From an uncultured virus (IMG/VR IMGVR_UViG_3300049793_000365) (taxonomy: Duplodnaviria; Heunggongvirae; Uroviricota; Caudoviricetes): a stretch of DNA of 64,000 nucleotides. Position numbers and translations under genes: made by a program. Under the pieces are notes generated by a model. It saw only the letters and a program-made list of their open reading frames with translations, ran no database searches and was not told where the DNA came from. Below, piece after piece: positions 39,193 to 48,170 of the stretch (position 1 is the first letter of the stretch; each line of letters starts with the position of its first letter). The stretch lies in the IMG/VR virus record IMGVR_UViG_3300049793_000365; one strand, written 5' to 3'.

Positions 39193-39254
39193 CTCAGTGG
39201 TAGAGCCGGAGTCTCTAAAACTCCTGGTCGCGGGTTCGAATCCCGTAGAGGTCT
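39183..39254 (+). tRNA. tRNA with CUA anticodon (amber suppressor), CCA not encoded
   Basis: Acceptor GACCTCT/AGAGGTC, D arm GCTC/GAGC, anticodon arm GGAGT-CTCTAAA-ACTCC (CTA 39215-39217), T arm GCGGG-TTCGAAT-CCCGT, discriminator T. Confidence 0.93.
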
Positions 39255-39272
39255 CAAATAAATAATATAACA

Positions 39273-39497
39273 ATGTTAAATCACGTATTCGGTATAGAAA
39301 GAAATAGCAGTGAATTCTTTGTTATGCTATTAGGTACAAAGGAGCTTATAAAAGTAGATAATGAGAAAACAAAATTATCAGAAGTAGTCTTTACTACTGG
39401 TGAGGTTTTCACTGAATTTGATAAGCATTTCTATAAAGCAACTGAGGCTATTGCTATATTAGCACTCGATAGAAAAATTGAGCATATTATCTCCTAA
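39273..39497 (+). CDS. hypothetical protein, degenerate tag
   Basis: Ends LDRKIEHIIS. Confidence 0.6.
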   Translation: MLNHVFGIERNSSEFFVMLLGTKELIKVDNEKTKLSEVVFTTGEVFTEFDKHFYKATEAIAILALDRKIEHIIS

Positions 39498-39714
39498 ATA
39501 TTGTATATGTAATTCTATACCAGAACATCATCCATTAATTGAGATTGATGTTATTTATGAATATACAAATCCTAATAGAGAATTTATTATTAAAATAAGT
39601 GATATACTCGGATGTAGTTTTGATCCAGGTGTCTTCAAACAACACTTCACAGACTGTACCAAAGAAACCACGCGGGATTATAAAATAGAATTGATAGTTT
39701 CACAACATATTTAA
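39478..39714 (+). CDS. hypothetical protein, CxCIK...FxxYF family, tagged
   Basis: YCICNS...FKQHF...RDYKIELIV. Confidence 0.65.
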   Translation: MSILSPKYCICNSIPEHHPLIEIDVIYEYTNPNREFIIKISDILGCSFDPGVFKQHFTDCTKETTRDYKIELIVSQHI

Positions 39715-39724
39715 TATATAACAA

Positions 39725-40105
39725 ATGAAACACCTCAAACCTATATTCGAAACACTTGCTTGGAAAGCACCAGAAGGTGATTTATTGATGTTCTTAGATA
39801 ACATCACTCAAGAGATAAAAGATGAATATGACGCAAATGTATCATATGAAGAAGGATATAAATACTTCAACTTCACTACCACCCATATTAAGGTTGAGTT
39901 CGACTTATCAAATAATGAGTTCAACTGTTTTAAGATAGCTGATTTGAAAGTTTTCAACAAAAGATTTCACGACATCAATGAGAAGTTGATAAAGATAATG
40001 GAGAAGCTTGAAACGGAAGGCTATTGGTGTAGTATAACACTTGACTTAATTGGTGGGGAAACCAACTATATAATTGAATTTTCACAAAATAATTTAGATA
40101 AATGA
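39725..40105 (+). CDS. leader-bearing protein, family A
   Basis: MKHLKPIFET; LIKIMEKLETEGY. Confidence 0.7.
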   Translation: MKHLKPIFETLAWKAPEGDLLMFLDNITQEIKDEYDANVSYEEGYKYFNFTTTHIKVEFDLSNNEFNCFKIADLKVFNKRFHDINEKLIKIMEKLETEGYWCSITLDLIGGETNYIIEFSQNNLDK

Positions 40106-40290
40106 TGAGCTTACAAAAACTTGAGTCATTCGGTGACTTTAAAAAACCAAAAGTCAACTTAGATGAATATGCTCCGGTAATGACCAAAGATTGTGAGGGT
40201 ATGTGTGACAGAAAACCAGTTAAGACACCAGATGGTGTGGTAATAATATGTGACGGTTGTAAACGAATCGTTATGGATAACCGCAAATAA
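40102..40290 (+). CDS. small Cys-containing protein, weak leader
   Basis: MMSLQKLESF; CEGMC...CDGC. Confidence 0.6.
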   Translation: MMSLQKLESFGDFKKPKVNLDEYAPVMTKDCEGMCDRKPVKTPDGVVIICDGCKRIVMDNRK

Positions 40291-40330
40291 CATCCTTGCT
40301 TTTCTAATTAATTTTTCATATATTTACAAC

Positions 40331-40561
40331 ATGGATGCTAATCAATGTTTATGTGAAAAAGACTGCTCAATAAAAGATAGTGGTATGGTTCACTTATTTA
40401 GAAGAGATACATACTACAATGTTGAGCAAACTATATTAGGATTTCGTATTATAAATGGTAACCGAAAAGTATTTCTCGGTAAGGATCTCTTTAAGCGATA
40501 TTTTATAGATTCTTCTGACCATCGCGAACGCCAAATCAATAAGCTAATTGAAAACCTTTAA
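40331..40561 (+). CDS. hypothetical protein, CxCIK...FxxYF family, tagged (start moved)
   Basis: TATATTTA upstream; CLCEKD...FKRYFIDSSDHRERQINKLI. Confidence 0.7.
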   Translation: MDANQCLCEKDCSIKDSGMVHLFRRDTYYNVEQTILGFRIINGNRKVFLGKDLFKRYFIDSSDHRERQINKLIENL

Positions 40562-40856
40562 AGAAATATTTATTGAATCATTACAACGAAAATGTTGTGG
40601 TTGTAAAAGGCTAATTGATATCTCAGAAGAGAAGTATTTCATATTACTAAAAACAGATAGGCAGATAATAAGAGGTGTTATATTATCAGTTCTTACTTGT
40701 GGCTTATCAACACTATTCGAATCTGGTCATAAGAATATTTGCGAAGTGTGTCAACGTGACTACAAATTAAAAGGGCTAATGAAGAATAAAGATATTGGAG
40801 CCACGGTCAGTATAGGACCAATGGAAAATTTTAAAAAAATAAAAAATACATTATAG
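40548..40856 (+). CDS. Cys-containing protein, sub-terminal tag
   Basis: CCGC...CEVCQRDYKLKGLM. Confidence 0.6.
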   Translation: MKTFKEIFIESLQRKCCGCKRLIDISEEKYFILLKTDRQIIRGVILSVLTCGLSTLFESGHKNICEVCQRDYKLKGLMKNKDIGATVSIGPMENFKKIKNTL

Positions 40857-41233
40857 TGTTTAGTGCTAAACTACAATCTGATATTGATGCTATGATTCTA
40901 TCTAGTAAGAAAGAGCTTGATTGTTACTTACAAGAGATAATAGATGATTATGAAATGACCTATGTTAAATGGGCTAATGGTTCATTTCTTTATTCTATAA
41001 ATGATAAGTTCAGTATAGATGAAAATTTCCTAAAAGTAATTAATACGGCACAGAAAAAATTAAGAAAGCTTGGATTATCTGTTACTATATCATTCTCACA
41101 AGAATTCCCTATGGAAGAACTCAGACACATACTTGTTGATGATTTAATAAAATTGGTTGATAAGTACAAGGATAAACCATATGTATTTAGTGAGATAAGA
41201 CGAGCAAGATTTTACATAAAAGATATACGTTAA
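40856..41233 (+). CDS. family B paralogue lacking the leader
   Basis: ELDCYLQEIIDDYEM...AQKKLRKLGL. Confidence 0.65.
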   Translation: MFSAKLQSDIDAMILSSKKELDCYLQEIIDDYEMTYVKWANGSFLYSINDKFSIDENFLKVINTAQKKLRKLGLSVTISFSQEFPMEELRHILVDDLIKLVDKYKDKPYVFSEIRRARFYIKDIR

Positions 41234-41260
41234 TTTTTGGACTTTCCTTATATTTGCTTT

Positions 41261-41452
41261 ATGAAGATGAAAACATATAAACCATATGACGGCATTAAAT
41301 ATGATGTTGTTATAGTAGATTATCCAACATTGATATTTGAACCAAAAGTATCAGAAGAAGTTACACGAATGGGTAGAAGTCTAATAAGACAATTAACACG
41401 CACAATGAAATTAGACCAACTTTTAAACGAAGAAGAAAATGACGGACAATAG
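41261..41452 (+). CDS. peptide with Walker-B-like fragment plus tag
   Basis: YDVVIVDYPTLI; RTMKLDQLL; TATATTTG 4 nt before ATG. Confidence 0.6.
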   Translation: MKMKTYKPYDGIKYDVVIVDYPTLIFEPKVSEEVTRMGRSLIRQLTRTMKLDQLLNEEENDGQ

Positions 41453-41804
41453 CGAATTTACTTATAACAAATGTAAATCACTCGACTTTAATATCGGTGA
41501 TAGATTTCATGAAATGTTTAGCTTCTGGGTTTGTATTATAGATATAACTGAAGAAGACCATGTAATAACATTAGAAGGGCATCCATCAAATGCACTGAAT
41601 ATGGTAATAAAAAAACAAACACGCGAAGAGTTATTTAAGAGATTAAAATATACATCACTTGATGCTTGTCATGTTTCATATAGTGATACATCACCAGATA
41701 CGGTCAGTGGTTGGTTGAGACATTATAAAAACGAAATGGTAGCTAATGGTAAAGCTGATAGAAGAGGTTTGGAACTATCCCTGATGTTCAATGATATTGG
41801 TTAA
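41439..41804 (+). CDS. hypothetical protein
   Basis: RGLELSLM, degenerate tag. Confidence 0.65.
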   Translation: MTDNSEFTYNKCKSLDFNIGDRFHEMFSFWVCIIDITEEDHVITLEGHPSNALNMVIKKQTREELFKRLKYTSLDACHVSYSDTSPDTVSGWLRHYKNEMVANGKADRRGLELSLMFNDIG

Positions 41805-42036
41805 GCCTATATATGATATAGAATTATCACAGGGTAATCGCTTAGTTAAATTAAGTGGTAATATTTGGTATGAACTTAAGGTATCGAAAATAAATGATAT
41901 AGAATCTTTACAAATTATAATTCCGACACTAACGTTTCCGGATAACGTTGTTATAATCGAGAAGGTTCTTCTAAATAACTATTTCATAACAAAGGAAGAA
42001 GATAGAAATATTAAAATTGATAACATTTTAGAATAA
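41791..42036 (+). CDS. hypothetical protein, tagged
   Basis: NNYFITKEEDRNIKIDNILE. Confidence 0.7.
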   Translation: MILVKPIYDIELSQGNRLVKLSGNIWYELKVSKINDIESLQIIIPTLTFPDNVVIIEKVLLNNYFITKEEDRNIKIDNILE

Positions 42037-42557
42037 TGGGAAAAGATACTAACGCAAAAGCAGAATTCATTCAACACGTAAATGGTAGAAGAGTTTTATG
42101 TGCTACTATAAGTCTTGATTATCCTGAATATGATGATGAAGAAAATGAAAAAGATTATAAACACGTTCTTACAACTGGTTATACATCTGATGAGTATTCA
42201 CAATTTTTAGAATCTCTTGATAAAAAATATGATAGTGGTTATGGCGGGCAAAGATTATTTGGAACTATCTGGTATAAAGACGGTACTTGGTCTTCTCGTG
42301 GCGAGTATGATGGATCTGAATGGTGGGCGCATCATACGTGTCCTATAATACCAAAAGATATTCGCAGAATTGATAAAGAAAGAGAAGAAAAGTTGGATGA
42401 TATCATGAATGGTCATAACACCGAAACTGAGCTTACTACATATTCTAAATTTGAGAATAGAATAATGGAGTGGGCGAATGGTAATGAGACTGCTGGTAAA
42501 CTAACCAGAGATTTATTTAATATTCTAAATAATGATGATAAATTAAAATCGTCTTAG
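42036..42557 (+). CDS. phage hypothetical protein, internal tag
   Basis: YDSGYGGQRLFGTIW...RGEYDGSEWW; REEKLDDIM. Confidence 0.75.
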   Translation: MGKDTNAKAEFIQHVNGRRVLCATISLDYPEYDDEENEKDYKHVLTTGYTSDEYSQFLESLDKKYDSGYGGQRLFGTIWYKDGTWSSRGEYDGSEWWAHHTCPIIPKDIRRIDKEREEKLDDIMNGHNTETELTTYSKFENRIMEWANGNETAGKLTRDLFNILNNDDKLKSS

Positions 42558-42775
42558 GATAGTAAATCATCTATCTTTCTATTTCTATCATCAATTTTTC
42601 TTAGCCTTTCGAATTCCATTCGATAGATAGAATCAAACACCATTTGTTGTTGAAAATAGCTTTTACCAATTTGTCTTGTTCCTTGTATGATGTAGATTTC
42701 CTTAGGTGCTAAACCAAGTCTGTCTTCTGGTACACCACATTTAGCTTCTAAATATTCTTTAAGTCCACTAATCAT
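42554..42775 (-). CDS. 73-aa peptide with P-loop fragment plus tag
   Basis: IIQGTRQIGKSY; ends RNRKIDDLLS. Confidence 0.65.
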   Translation of the reverse strand: MISGLKEYLEAKCGVPEDRLGLAPKEIYIIQGTRQIGKSYFQQQMVFDSIYRMEFERLRKIDDRNRKIDDLLS

Positions 42776-43049
42776 CTAATAGAGTTGTTAAATTTTTATC
42801 TCGTAATTGTTGCTTTGTATAAAAGTAATCAGTGAAACGTTCTTCTTCACATGAGTAAATATAAGTGTGACCACCTTTCTCAATAGTGCTAACATAAATT
42901 GTTGGTGAGCGTGAGTTATCTATACACGTTGTAAATTGCTCATTGAGTGGCATTGGTATACTTCTACGAGAAGGTCTAACCATTTCACTCATAGATAGTA
43001 CAACATTTTTATACTTATTGTTGTGACATATAGTTGTGAAGCATTCCAT
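42768..43049 (-). CDS. hypothetical protein, tagged, paralogue of 51190-51543 (start moved)
   Basis: FTTICHNNKY...YFYTKQQLRDKNLTTLL. Confidence 0.7.
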   Translation of the reverse strand: MECFTTICHNNKYKNVVLSMSEMVRPSRRSIPMPLNEQFTTCIDNSRSPTIYVSTIEKGGHTYIYSCEEERFTDYFYTKQQLRDKNLTTLLDD

Positions 43050-43071
43050 TGTATAAATTACTTTTAATAAA

Positions 43072-43101
43072 AATGGGAACCAATTTTCACTGGTTCCCAT
43101 T
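43072..43101 (-). terminator. intrinsic terminator after AP2 gene
   Basis: AATGGGAACCA / TGGTTCCCATT, T-run on minus strand. Confidence 0.7.
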
Positions 43102-43122
43102 AGCTTTTAAGGCGACTCGAAA

Positions 43123-43404
43123 TTAGATTTCGTTTAGAAGACCTCTGCTTTTCGCTTCGCTTCTTCCGTAGAATTTAATAACAAGTGAGTTGTAAGCCTT
43201 CGCTGCTTCAACAGCAGTATCGAAATGACTTCCGTACTCCTGACCATCGAACCCGATTCTTGTTCTGTATTTCACAGTACCAGAAGCATAAGTTCTTTTG
43301 TAAACACCGTTATACTTTTTCATTTTAACGGATGAAGACTTACTCGCGCTCTTAGCGCCTTTTTTGTTTCTTTTTGACATTTTGTTATGATTTAAGTTAA
43401 ACAT
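43123..43404 (-). CDS. stand-alone AP2-domain DNA-binding protein
   Basis: YNGVYKR...KYRTRIGFDGQ...GSHFDTAVEAAKAYN; basic N-tail. Confidence 0.8.
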   Translation of the reverse strand: MFNLNHNKMSKRNKKGAKSASKSSSVKMKKYNGVYKRTYASGTVKYRTRIGFDGQEYGSHFDTAVEAAKAYNSLVIKFYGRSEAKSRGLLNEI

Positions 43405-43440
43405 AGTGTTATAAGCTGGCCGGTTGATGAAGTTGTCTCA

Positions 43441-43478
43441 AGATACTTGATATCATTGAACTTTCATATCAAGTATCT
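43441..43478. repeat. 13-bp perfect inverted repeat
   Basis: AGATACTTGATAT-N12-ATATCAAGTATCT upstream of AP2 gene. Confidence 0.8.
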
Positions 43479-43542
43479 GATTATCAGTTAATTAATTTTC
43501 AAAATATTTATTTTTTGGTAATATGGACATTTTTTTGTATAT

Positions 43543-43812
43543 TTGGATAAAAATTATATGGACATGATAAAACACACTTATTTAGTAGCAGACAAAAAGG
43601 TAACGGGTAAAGTAGACGTTGAATTTTCTGACGTGAATGAAGACTTCTCATTCAAGGTTACAGGTCCCATCGGCATATTAAGCAAAATATGTGGCGGTTT
43701 AGGTAAGGAAAACTTTGAACAGAACACCGTTGTCATAACTGAGAAAGAACTTAAAAGCGAATCTCAGAGATTGTATGTTCTTACTGAGCTTGCACAATTG
43801 GCTTCAAAATAG
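43543..43812 (+). CDS. hypothetical protein
   Basis: True start probably an internal ATG after TATATTTG. Confidence 0.6.
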   Translation: MDKNYMDMIKHTYLVADKKVTGKVDVEFSDVNEDFSFKVTGPIGILSKICGGLGKENFEQNTVVITEKELKSESQRLYVLTELAQLASK

Positions 43813-43844
43813 TATTTTTAAGCTATAAACTTAAACTAATCAAC

Positions 43845-44111
43845 ATGAGTATTTGGGAAGATTGCGAAAAGCATGGCGCTGTTCCGTTTTATGGATTTCC
43901 AGTAAAGCCTAAACTAGAGAATGGTTTAATTATCTGGGAATTTCCAATTGGTTATGAACCAAATGGTAGTCAGACAAAAGAAGTAGCAGAAAAGCTACAT
44001 AAGATAGTGGGTGGTGAACTCATTGAAGTAACTGATAAAGTTATAAAAATCAAACCAGAGGAAACTAAGCTGGGATATCTAATTTATAAAGCATTTTTAG
44101 ATGAACGATAG
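43845..44111 (+). CDS. hypothetical protein
   Basis: 88 aa ORF. Confidence 0.65.
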   Translation: MSIWEDCEKHGAVPFYGFPVKPKLENGLIIWEFPIGYEPNGSQTKEVAEKLHKIVGGELIEVTDKVIKIKPEETKLGYLIYKAFLDER

Positions 44112-44268
44112 AAAGTTAATAAGCATTGACATCGATGGTGTAATGAGTGACTATTTTTCTAAATCTAAAGAGCAAGAAATATTAGCTAAACAAGCCAAGA
44201 GAGAGTCCAAGATTGATAAAATACTCAGCGAAGATGATAGAGAAGAAGATACTGAAACTAATTCTTAA
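44101..44268 (+). CDS. 55-aa peptide with HAD motif-I fragment plus tag (not in ORF track)
   Basis: MNDRKLISIDIDGVMSDYFSKSKEQEILAKQAKRESKIDKILSEDDREEDTETNS. Confidence 0.6.
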   Translation: MNDRKLISIDIDGVMSDYFSKSKEQEILAKQAKRESKIDKILSEDDREEDTETNS

Positions 44269-44551
44269 GAAGGAACTTCACTTGAAGTCATTCAGAGGTA
44301 TTTTATTAGATTTCGTACCATGTAATAAGGATGGTAAAACCTGGCCGAGGGGAACAAATATTGACGAAGTAGGTAATATAGAAAACTCTCTTGATAGGAT
44401 TATAAAATATCTGAATACTGATGCGGTGCATAGAATTGATATCATCCGAATAATGGAGAAGGGTAATTTTCAATTACGTATTGGGGAATTATACAAAACA
44501 GAATTACAGCAACACATAAGAGAAATAAAAATAGACAACATAAACAGCTAA
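44234..44551 (+). CDS. hypothetical protein, tagged
   Basis: Ends REIKIDNINS. Confidence 0.65.
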   Translation: MIEKKILKLILKKELHLKSFRGILLDFVPCNKDGKTWPRGTNIDEVGNIENSLDRIIKYLNTDAVHRIDIIRIMEKGNFQLRIGELYKTELQQHIREIKIDNINS

Positions 44552-45141
44552 TGAGATTTCTATACTTCCTAAAAAACATTATACTCAACAATAAAGCTAA
44601 AGTGTGTCTTTGGTCTATTACATTATTTCTACTATACTTTCCTATAATAAGAGGAATCGATGATAATAAGATTGATTGTACGGTTAAGCAGATATGTGAA
44701 GTAGATGGTAGATATCTGACGATATACAAAAGACCGGACAAAACAGAAAGCGAATACTTCGTATCTGAAAGCGTTAAAAAACCAGTTTATACAGATAATC
44801 ATTTAGCTATATTTGAAACTTCTGGTTTCTTCGCTTTTTGTGTATTAGTAGGTGGTATAGGTGGGCTTATATGTATTATGACCTTCTTCGTTGATGATAA
44901 GGCAGATGGGTGGGAGATTAGTACCAATTGGATAAATGCGAGACTTCAATGTATCGAGTGTCATTTAGAAGGGGATTATCACTACTATATCTATCGAAAT
45001 AGATTGATTTGTAAAGCTGACCAACCTTTAACCGATTATGACCTAAGAAGATTCTTGGAACGCAGTAATATCAAGCTATATCCTAAATTTGAGACTAAGA
45101 AACAACGAAGAGAGCGTAATCTTACGCAATTGGAGTCGTAA
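44551..45141 (+). CDS. two-TM membrane protein, tagged
   Basis: Ends RERNLTQLES. Confidence 0.7.
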   Translation: MRFLYFLKNIILNNKAKVCLWSITLFLLYFPIIRGIDDNKIDCTVKQICEVDGRYLTIYKRPDKTESEYFVSESVKKPVYTDNHLAIFETSGFFAFCVLVGGIGGLICIMTFFVDDKADGWEISTNWINARLQCIECHLEGDYHYYIYRNRLICKADQPLTDYDLRRFLERSNIKLYPKFETKKQRRERNLTQLES

Positions 45142-45193
45142 ATATGAGATTGTGTTTTAAATATATACAGTCTGATAAAAATAACACAATACA

Positions 45194-45526
45194 ATGAAAA
45201 TTAAGAGTTTTAACGAACATATTAACGAAGGAGCGGATAGAGTAGAAATAGACGGTAACCACGTTGTTGCTGGAGAAGCTACATTACCAGCTCAGGTTGA
45301 TGATAAACAAGAGCAAAAGCTTGATGGGGTTGATATTGAATCATTTGTTCAACCAGAAGATTCTACTGGATTTTTAACAGATGAAGACGACCATCTTAGT
45401 CCTAAAAAAGTTGACAAATTGGTTGAACCACATATTAAGAAGTTCGCAGATTTTGGATTTGATCCAAATGATGGTGATTTCAAATCAACACACGCAAAAG
45501 TTAAGGATAATAACGAGTTAAAATAA
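45194..45526 (+). CDS. acidic leader-bearing protein
   Basis: MKIKSFNEHINEG; second leader-like HIKKFADF near C-terminus; AATATATA upstream. Confidence 0.7.
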   Translation: MKIKSFNEHINEGADRVEIDGNHVVAGEATLPAQVDDKQEQKLDGVDIESFVQPEDSTGFLTDEDDHLSPKKVDKLVEPHIKKFADFGFDPNDGDFKSTHAKVKDNNELK

Positions 45527-45529
45527 TAT

Positions 45530-46639
45530 TTGATGATATTAGAAAACATTACTGAGAAGAAATTATCAACGGCTACAAAAGCTAACGTAATGAAATGGAT
45601 AAAGCAAGCTGGTGTTGAATTACATCAGACATCCATTGATGAACTAAGAAACAATCCAACAATAAAACCAAACAATCGTGTAGTATTATATCGAGGTTTG
45701 CTTTTTGATAAATTGGACATAACATCAAATAAATTTAAATACAATACTGACAAACCAAGCTCTTGGTCTAAAGACTATGATGTTGCCTGTAGATTCGGTA
45801 AGTATTCTGAGTTAAATACTGACTCAGAAATATTAGCATCTTTCTTCGTGTCTATGCGAAGAGGTCAAATCGATAGAAATATCGGTATCGTTATTAAATA
45901 CGAATTCAATCCAAATGATATACTTCTTGATTGCGATTTAATACCAAATAAAATGTCTGGTAGAAAATTTGAATATGAGAAAGAAGTTATCGTTTCTCCA
46001 ATAGAAGCAACGTGTGAGATAGTAACTATCTTCACTAAGAAAGGAACATATACCCCAAAAGAATATCTAAATAGAAGTCTTGATAATGGGTATGATGCGA
46101 TTACAAAATATCTAAAATCCGGACTTAAAGACATTGATATAAAAACTATCAAAGAATGCGAGAAGTTATTTGGTGGTTATTCTGATGAACGAGAAGTGAT
46201 TGATGATATCACATACATCAAAAGATGTTTGTCTTTCGATAAGAAAGTGGCATACAATCTCTATAAGCAATTTCACAACTTAAATAAGAGTAAACCAGAG
46301 TTAATTGTTGCTGAATATGGTTCAGACGGTGAAAAGCAATACGATAAACTAAGAGAAATTTATAGATATTTATCTAACTTCGATTCGACTGACCCATCAA
46401 ATGGATTCTCTCGTCAGTTCACTGATTATTACTATGAATCGGAAATGATTTCTGACCTTTTTAATAAAAAAGTGGATAGACTTACCTATGAAAATAGAAA
46501 AAAATTCTCCGTTAAAATCGAAAAGATGTTTTCTACTACAATGAATGAATTGGCCAATAAATATTCATTCTGTTCTACATTTAAGGGTAATGTATTATTC
46601 AGAATGCATCAAATAGTGACTGGTATAAAAGATATCTAA
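45530..46639 (+). CDS. ADP-ribosyltransferase-like protein (R-S-E type)
   Basis: VVLYRGL...PSSWSKDYDVACRF...YEKEVIV; N-terminus MILENITE. Confidence 0.6.
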   Translation: MMILENITEKKLSTATKANVMKWIKQAGVELHQTSIDELRNNPTIKPNNRVVLYRGLLFDKLDITSNKFKYNTDKPSSWSKDYDVACRFGKYSELNTDSEILASFFVSMRRGQIDRNIGIVIKYEFNPNDILLDCDLIPNKMSGRKFEYEKEVIVSPIEATCEIVTIFTKKGTYTPKEYLNRSLDNGYDAITKYLKSGLKDIDIKTIKECEKLFGGYSDEREVIDDITYIKRCLSFDKKVAYNLYKQFHNLNKSKPELIVAEYGSDGEKQYDKLREIYRYLSNFDSTDPSNGFSRQFTDYYYESEMISDLFNKKVDRLTYENRKKFSVKIEKMFSTTMNELANKYSFCSTFKGNVLFRMHQIVTGIKDI

Positions 46640-46842
46640 AGATATTTTTTCATCTTTTCAATTGCTTCTTCCTTCAACTTAGGTAGTTCTTCAAGCATAT
46701 CAGATAGTGATTTAATACACTCTTCTTTTTCTGACATACAAATGGTTACATCATCAAGTAAATCATCAATTAGTTTTCGCATTCCGATTTCTTGCCTCTC
46801 GATGTCTGCTATTATATCCTGATATACTTTTAATTTACTCAT
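46636..46842 (-). CDS. small helical hypothetical protein
   Basis: ATGA-coupled to methyltransferase. Confidence 0.6.
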   Translation of the reverse strand: MSKLKVYQDIIADIERQEIGMRKLIDDLLDDVTICMSEKEECIKSLSDMLEELPKLKEEAIEKMKKYL

Positions 46843-47633
46843 TTTATCCAGAGTGATTCTATTTTTGACTTAGCAACTCTTTTGGTATCTTGAGTTTTAA
46901 CTTCAAAGTCTATTCTTATATATCCGTTTTCTTCAAGAGCTTTATATCTATCACAATTATAACCACTTATAATCATTCTGGCGCACTTAATCCCAAGAAG
47001 TATGTCTATGTATCGGTCTTGGTCTTCGTTCGTCATATCGTGCTTATAGCCACCAGAACTACGTGTTTCAAGTGCGTATGGTGAATCACAATACATGAAT
47101 GTATTTGGTTTATCCCATTTTTGTATCAATTCTAACGCATCTGTGTTGTGTATGATAACACCACTTAAACGATTATGTACTTCTGGTAACCCATCGATTG
47201 CTGATAGAAAGTCAGAAGCAGATTTAGACATCTTTCTTCTAACAACAGCAGACGAAGAGAAGCCACCCAAGCCGTTATATGCTACTCTATTACAATAAAA
47301 ATACTTATATGCTCTTTCGACAAGACTCAAATCATCATTCTTCAACGATTTTAAATATTCTTTAAACAATTGTTCTGAATAAATTGATAAATCACACTTA
47401 TATTTAAACTCATCAAATTTAGAGTTATCAATAAGCACTTTAAAAAGAGAATAAATATTTTTATCAAGGTCATTTATAATTTCTACATCGGATCTTTCTT
47501 TATGAAAGAGTAAAGCAGCTGAACCACAAAATGGTTCTATGTAATTCATGGTTTGGTAACCCTCTGGGAAGTGTTCTAATATCTTTGAGGCAAATGTACC
47601 TTTACTACCGAAGTATTTAATTGGTGAGCGCAT
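46839..47633 (-). CDS. Dam-like (D12 class) DNA adenine methyltransferase
   Basis: PIKYFGSK, YIEPFCGSAA, EIINDLD, FMYCDSPY (DPPY variant). Confidence 0.9.
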   Translation of the reverse strand: MRSPIKYFGSKGTFASKILEHFPEGYQTMNYIEPFCGSAALLFHKERSDVEIINDLDKNIYSLFKVLIDNSKFDEFKYKCDLSIYSEQLFKEYLKSLKNDDLSLVERAYKYFYCNRVAYNGLGGFSSSAVVRRKMSKSASDFLSAIDGLPEVHNRLSGVIIHNTDALELIQKWDKPNTFMYCDSPYALETRSSGGYKHDMTNEDQDRYIDILLGIKCARMIISGYNCDRYKALEENGYIRIDFEVKTQDTKRVAKSKIESLWIK

Positions 47634-47699
47634 AATATTATACCAGATGATATCGAATTGTTGTAAATAAACTTATCAAATGTTAATTAATATAATTAT

Positions 47700-48134
47700 A
47701 TGAAACAATTGAAATTGAAAAACGGTAGTTATAACTTTAGTGGTAATTTTGCCGAATTTACACTAGAGCGTAGCTTCTCTTTCATAAAAATTAATAGTAT
47801 AATTTTAGATACTCTTTGTGATAAAAGTTATATTGATAATTGGATTGGTAAGTTAATGGATAATAAAGTCAAACTAATCATTGAATACAGTAGCAACACT
47901 AGTAGTAAAACAATTGAGCATAATTTCATAATGGATGTAACGGGATATCATCAAGTTCCTGTTTTCAATTATACTGATTGGTATTTACCACAAGAAAACG
48001 TTAGAAATATTTCTGAAGTAAATTACTTCAATAAATTAAAGATATCGCTACACGCCAATCACTACGACTTCAAAGCAACTATCATATACGAAGAGAGTCC
48101 TGGTGTTAAGCTTTTGAACCAGAATGGATATTAA
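47700..48134 (+). CDS. hypothetical protein
   Basis: AAACTT-N16-TATAAT upstream. Confidence 0.65.
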   Translation: MKQLKLKNGSYNFSGNFAEFTLERSFSFIKINSIILDTLCDKSYIDNWIGKLMDNKVKLIIEYSSNTSSKTIEHNFIMDVTGYHQVPVFNYTDWYLPQENVRNISEVNYFNKLKISLHANHYDFKATIIYEESPGVKLLNQNGY

Positions 48135-48170
48135 TTTTGATTATTAAATCCATATCCGTATATTTACGTC

